A DNA stretch of 64,000 bases from Deltaproteobacteria bacterium (GTDB lineage Bacteria; Desulfobacterota; Syntrophia; Syntrophales; JAFGHS01), in the NCBI GenBank assembly GCA_016928025.1, contig JAFGLN010000063.1:716-64715 (forward strand), in the 5' to 3' direction. The stretch's first letter is position 1; every line of letters starts with the position of its first letter. Below, one piece after another: positions 62,585 to 64,000 of this stretch. The notes under the pieces are model-generated. The model did no database searches. It saw only the letters and a list, made by a program, of their open reading frames with translations, and was not told the DNA's origin. Made by a program: the position numbers and the translations under genes.

Positions 62585-64000
62585 ATGGAAAGGATAATGA
62601 AGGGGCAACGCGCACTTCTCGAAGAAGTGGGACAATCCCCGTTCTGCACGGGGTGCGGCGCCTGTGTCAATCTGTGCGCCTATCATGCCGTTCATGAGGA
62701 CCATGTCATAACGCTTCATGAATGCGATATCGAACAAGGGCGGTGTTATGCCTACTGCCCGCGGACCCCGACGGACAGGGACGCGCTGCGGAAGCTGCTG
62801 TTTGCCGCGGAGGATATCACGCCGGAACTGGGCGCCGTCAGGGGCTATTATATCGCACGGGCCGCCGACGAAGCAAAAAGAGCCGGAGCGCAGCATGGCG
62901 GGACGGTAACCGCCCTCATGACCCTGGCCATGAAGGAAGGCATCATCGAGTCGGCGATTGTCGCCGATGACGGCCCCGATCTGCTGCCGAGAGGGGTCAC
63001 GATTAATTTTCCCGAGGAGATCGCGAGGCAGGGGAAAAGCCGATTCGTCGTTTCCCCCAACGTGGCCGAGTTTAACGCCCTCGCCTGGGCGGGAGGCAGG
63101 AAGATCGGAATCGTCGCCACACCCTGTCAGACTTTGGCCCTGGCCAAGATGCGCGCCAGGCCGGTTGCCGCCCATGCGGCACGAATCGACCAGCTAAAGC
63201 TCGTTGTCGGCCTGTTTTGCGGCTGGGCCCTCTCGTGGGAGAAGCTCCGCACCCTGGTTCTCGGCAAAGGCATCGACCCGAAACATATCGAAGGCATGGA
63301 CATTCTCCCCAGCCAATATCAGATGCTGCAGGTCTATACGAAGCAGGGGACCGTCGATATTCCTCTGGACGAGGTCGATCCCGCTTGTGTTCGCGAAGCC
63401 TGTCATTACTGCCCGGACATGACCGCGGAGTTTGCCGACATTTCCGTAGGTTCCACCAGATTGCCGGAAGGGTGGGATGTGGCCAGGGGATGGAACCAGG
63501 TGATCGTCCGGACCCCTCTGGGAGAGGAACTGTTGGCGCTGGCCCGCACAAAGGGAATTCTTGAATTCCGCGGTGTGCCGGAGGGCAACCTGGATCGTCT
63601 GAAGAAGGCCTCCCTGAGCAAACGGAAGACGGCATCGGAGAACCTGGCCGTCCTGGCTGAAAAGGGCGCGGCCGGTCTTTTCGGAAAGCCGGACAGCCCG
63701 GGTCAGCCCGTTGTTTCCGTGTATGGAGGCGAGGCGTTCTTTCAGGAGGTTTTGCCGTCATTGGCCAACGCCGTGCGCGACCGGGCCAATATGACCGTGG
63801 TCGTCTCCAATGCCGGCGGCCGAAATATGATGGGATTCACGCCCAATCCGGCTTCAGGCGTCAATGCCGTGGATGACCGGGATCCCCATGCGGATATGAC
63901 CGCGCGGTGCGAGGCCGTCGGTGCAAAGGTGCGGATCCGGGACCCCTTTGATCTTGAAGAAACCCGCGCTGCCCTCAGTCGCATGATGAAGGAAGACGGT
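62585..64000 (+). CDS. FrhB-family (coenzyme F420 hydrogenase/dehydrogenase beta-like) FeS flavoprotein fused to an IorA-like TPP-domain segment; 3'-partial
   Basis: This ORF is not in the supplied track because it runs off the window. I translated it by hand and found no stop from 62585 to 64000 (472 codons). RBS aggggag; in-frame stop upstream at 62570. Motifs: CTGCGACVNLC...CYAYCP, GGTVTALMTLAMKEG, VATPCQ, CHYCPDMTAEFADISVG, then GGEAFFQEVLPSLANAVRDRANMTVVVSNAGG. Confidence 0.8.
   Translation, partial: MERIMKGQRALLEEVGQSPFCTGCGACVNLCAYHAVHEDHVITLHECDIEQGRCYAYCPRTPTDRDALRKLLFAAEDITPELGAVRGYYIARAADEAKRAGAQHGGTVTALMTLAMKEGIIESAIVADDGPDLLPRGVTINFPEEIARQGKSRFVVSPNVAEFNALAWAGGRKIGIVATPCQTLALAKMRARPVAAHAARIDQLKLVVGLFCGWALSWEKLRTLVLGKGIDPKHIEGMDILPSQYQMLQVYTKQGTVDIPLDEVDPACVREACHYCPDMTAEFADISVGSTRLPEGWDVARGWNQVIVRTPLGEELLALARTKGILEFRGVPEGNLDRLKKASLSKRKTASENLAVLAEKGAAGLFGKPDSPGQPVVSVYGGEAFFQEVLPSLANAVRDRANMTVVVSNAGGRNMMGFTPNPASGVNAVDDRDPHADMTARCEAVGAKVRIRDPFDLEETRAALSRMMKEDG

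Noticed and set aside
62495-63761. Two overlapping minus-strand ORFs (226 aa and 229 aa)
   Set aside because: They are Arg/Pro/Gly-rich shadow frames opposite the FrhB-like + strand ORF (62585..>64000). The + strand ORF has multiple family motifs but is missing from the track because it has no stop within the window.

Overview
This 64 kb window is gene-dense chromosomal DNA, about 90% coding, with roughly 58 protein genes. The gene content suggests an anaerobic Gram-negative bacterium, possibly a Desulfobacterota/Syntrophales-like organism. Supporting features are PEP-CTERM proteins, acyl-CoA ligases, a carboxyltransferase, FrhB-like and ferredoxin genes, and LolA-like and LapA-like envelope genes. 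This taxonomic guess is weak.

All product calls come from motifs I recognise in the translated ORFs. No database search was run. I recognised no rRNA, tRNA, CRISPR array, transposase, integrase or prophage genes.

Main blocks:
1. 1-4.8 kb: a small secreted Cys-motif protein, a lone dynamin-like GTPase and two secreted hypothetical proteins.
2. 4.9-17.2 kb: an accessory type-II FAS/PKS-like lipid cluster that resembles aryl-polyene (APE) clusters. It encodes a thioesterase, KS, GT2, lipoprotein, deacetylase, PlsY, two ACPs, two hotdog dehydratases, an AMP-ligase, KR, a LolA-like protein, a LolB/DUF3261-like lipoprotein and a PPTase. A PEP-CTERM gene sits inside it.
3. 17.2-27.6 kb: a 689-aa coiled-coil secreted protein, a nitroreductase, a GNAT-HDAC fusion with a second GNAT, LapA-like and other membrane proteins, a Prc-type protease, a ketopantoate-reductase-like gene and a VOC protein.
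4. 27.7-36.4 kb: tandem Zn-ADH paralogues, an acyl-CoA ligase, a group II PLP decarboxylase, an AAA/ABC-like ATPase and a carboxyltransferase.
5. 36.7-42.4 kb: an SH3b / M48 protease / CHASE2 adenylate cyclase operon, a 2-hydroxyacid dehydrogenase and an SDR.
6. 42.4-46.0 kb: an AT-rich 1.82 kb tandem duplication. Each copy carries a PEP-CTERM gene, a long leader with conserved islands, a terminator and a fragment of an ABC ATPase pseudogene.
7. 46.1-60.7 kb: a CoA-binding ACS-alpha-like protein, a VIT-VWA protein, a CocE/NonD hydrolase, a LytS/LytTR pair, a redox membrane operon, a beta-lactamase-fold hydrolase and an RluA-type synthase.
8. 60.8-64.0 kb: a MITE/REP-like element, a ferredoxin-like gene, an unknown gene, and a long 3'-open ORF that is absent from the supplied ORF track (FrhB-like, fused to a degenerate IorA-like TPP segment).

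The most interesting sequence-level signal is a 17-nt TGTCGG..TTTACA box. It occurs eight times and only upstream of the three PEP-CTERM genes. Each of those genes also has a -24/-12-like element.
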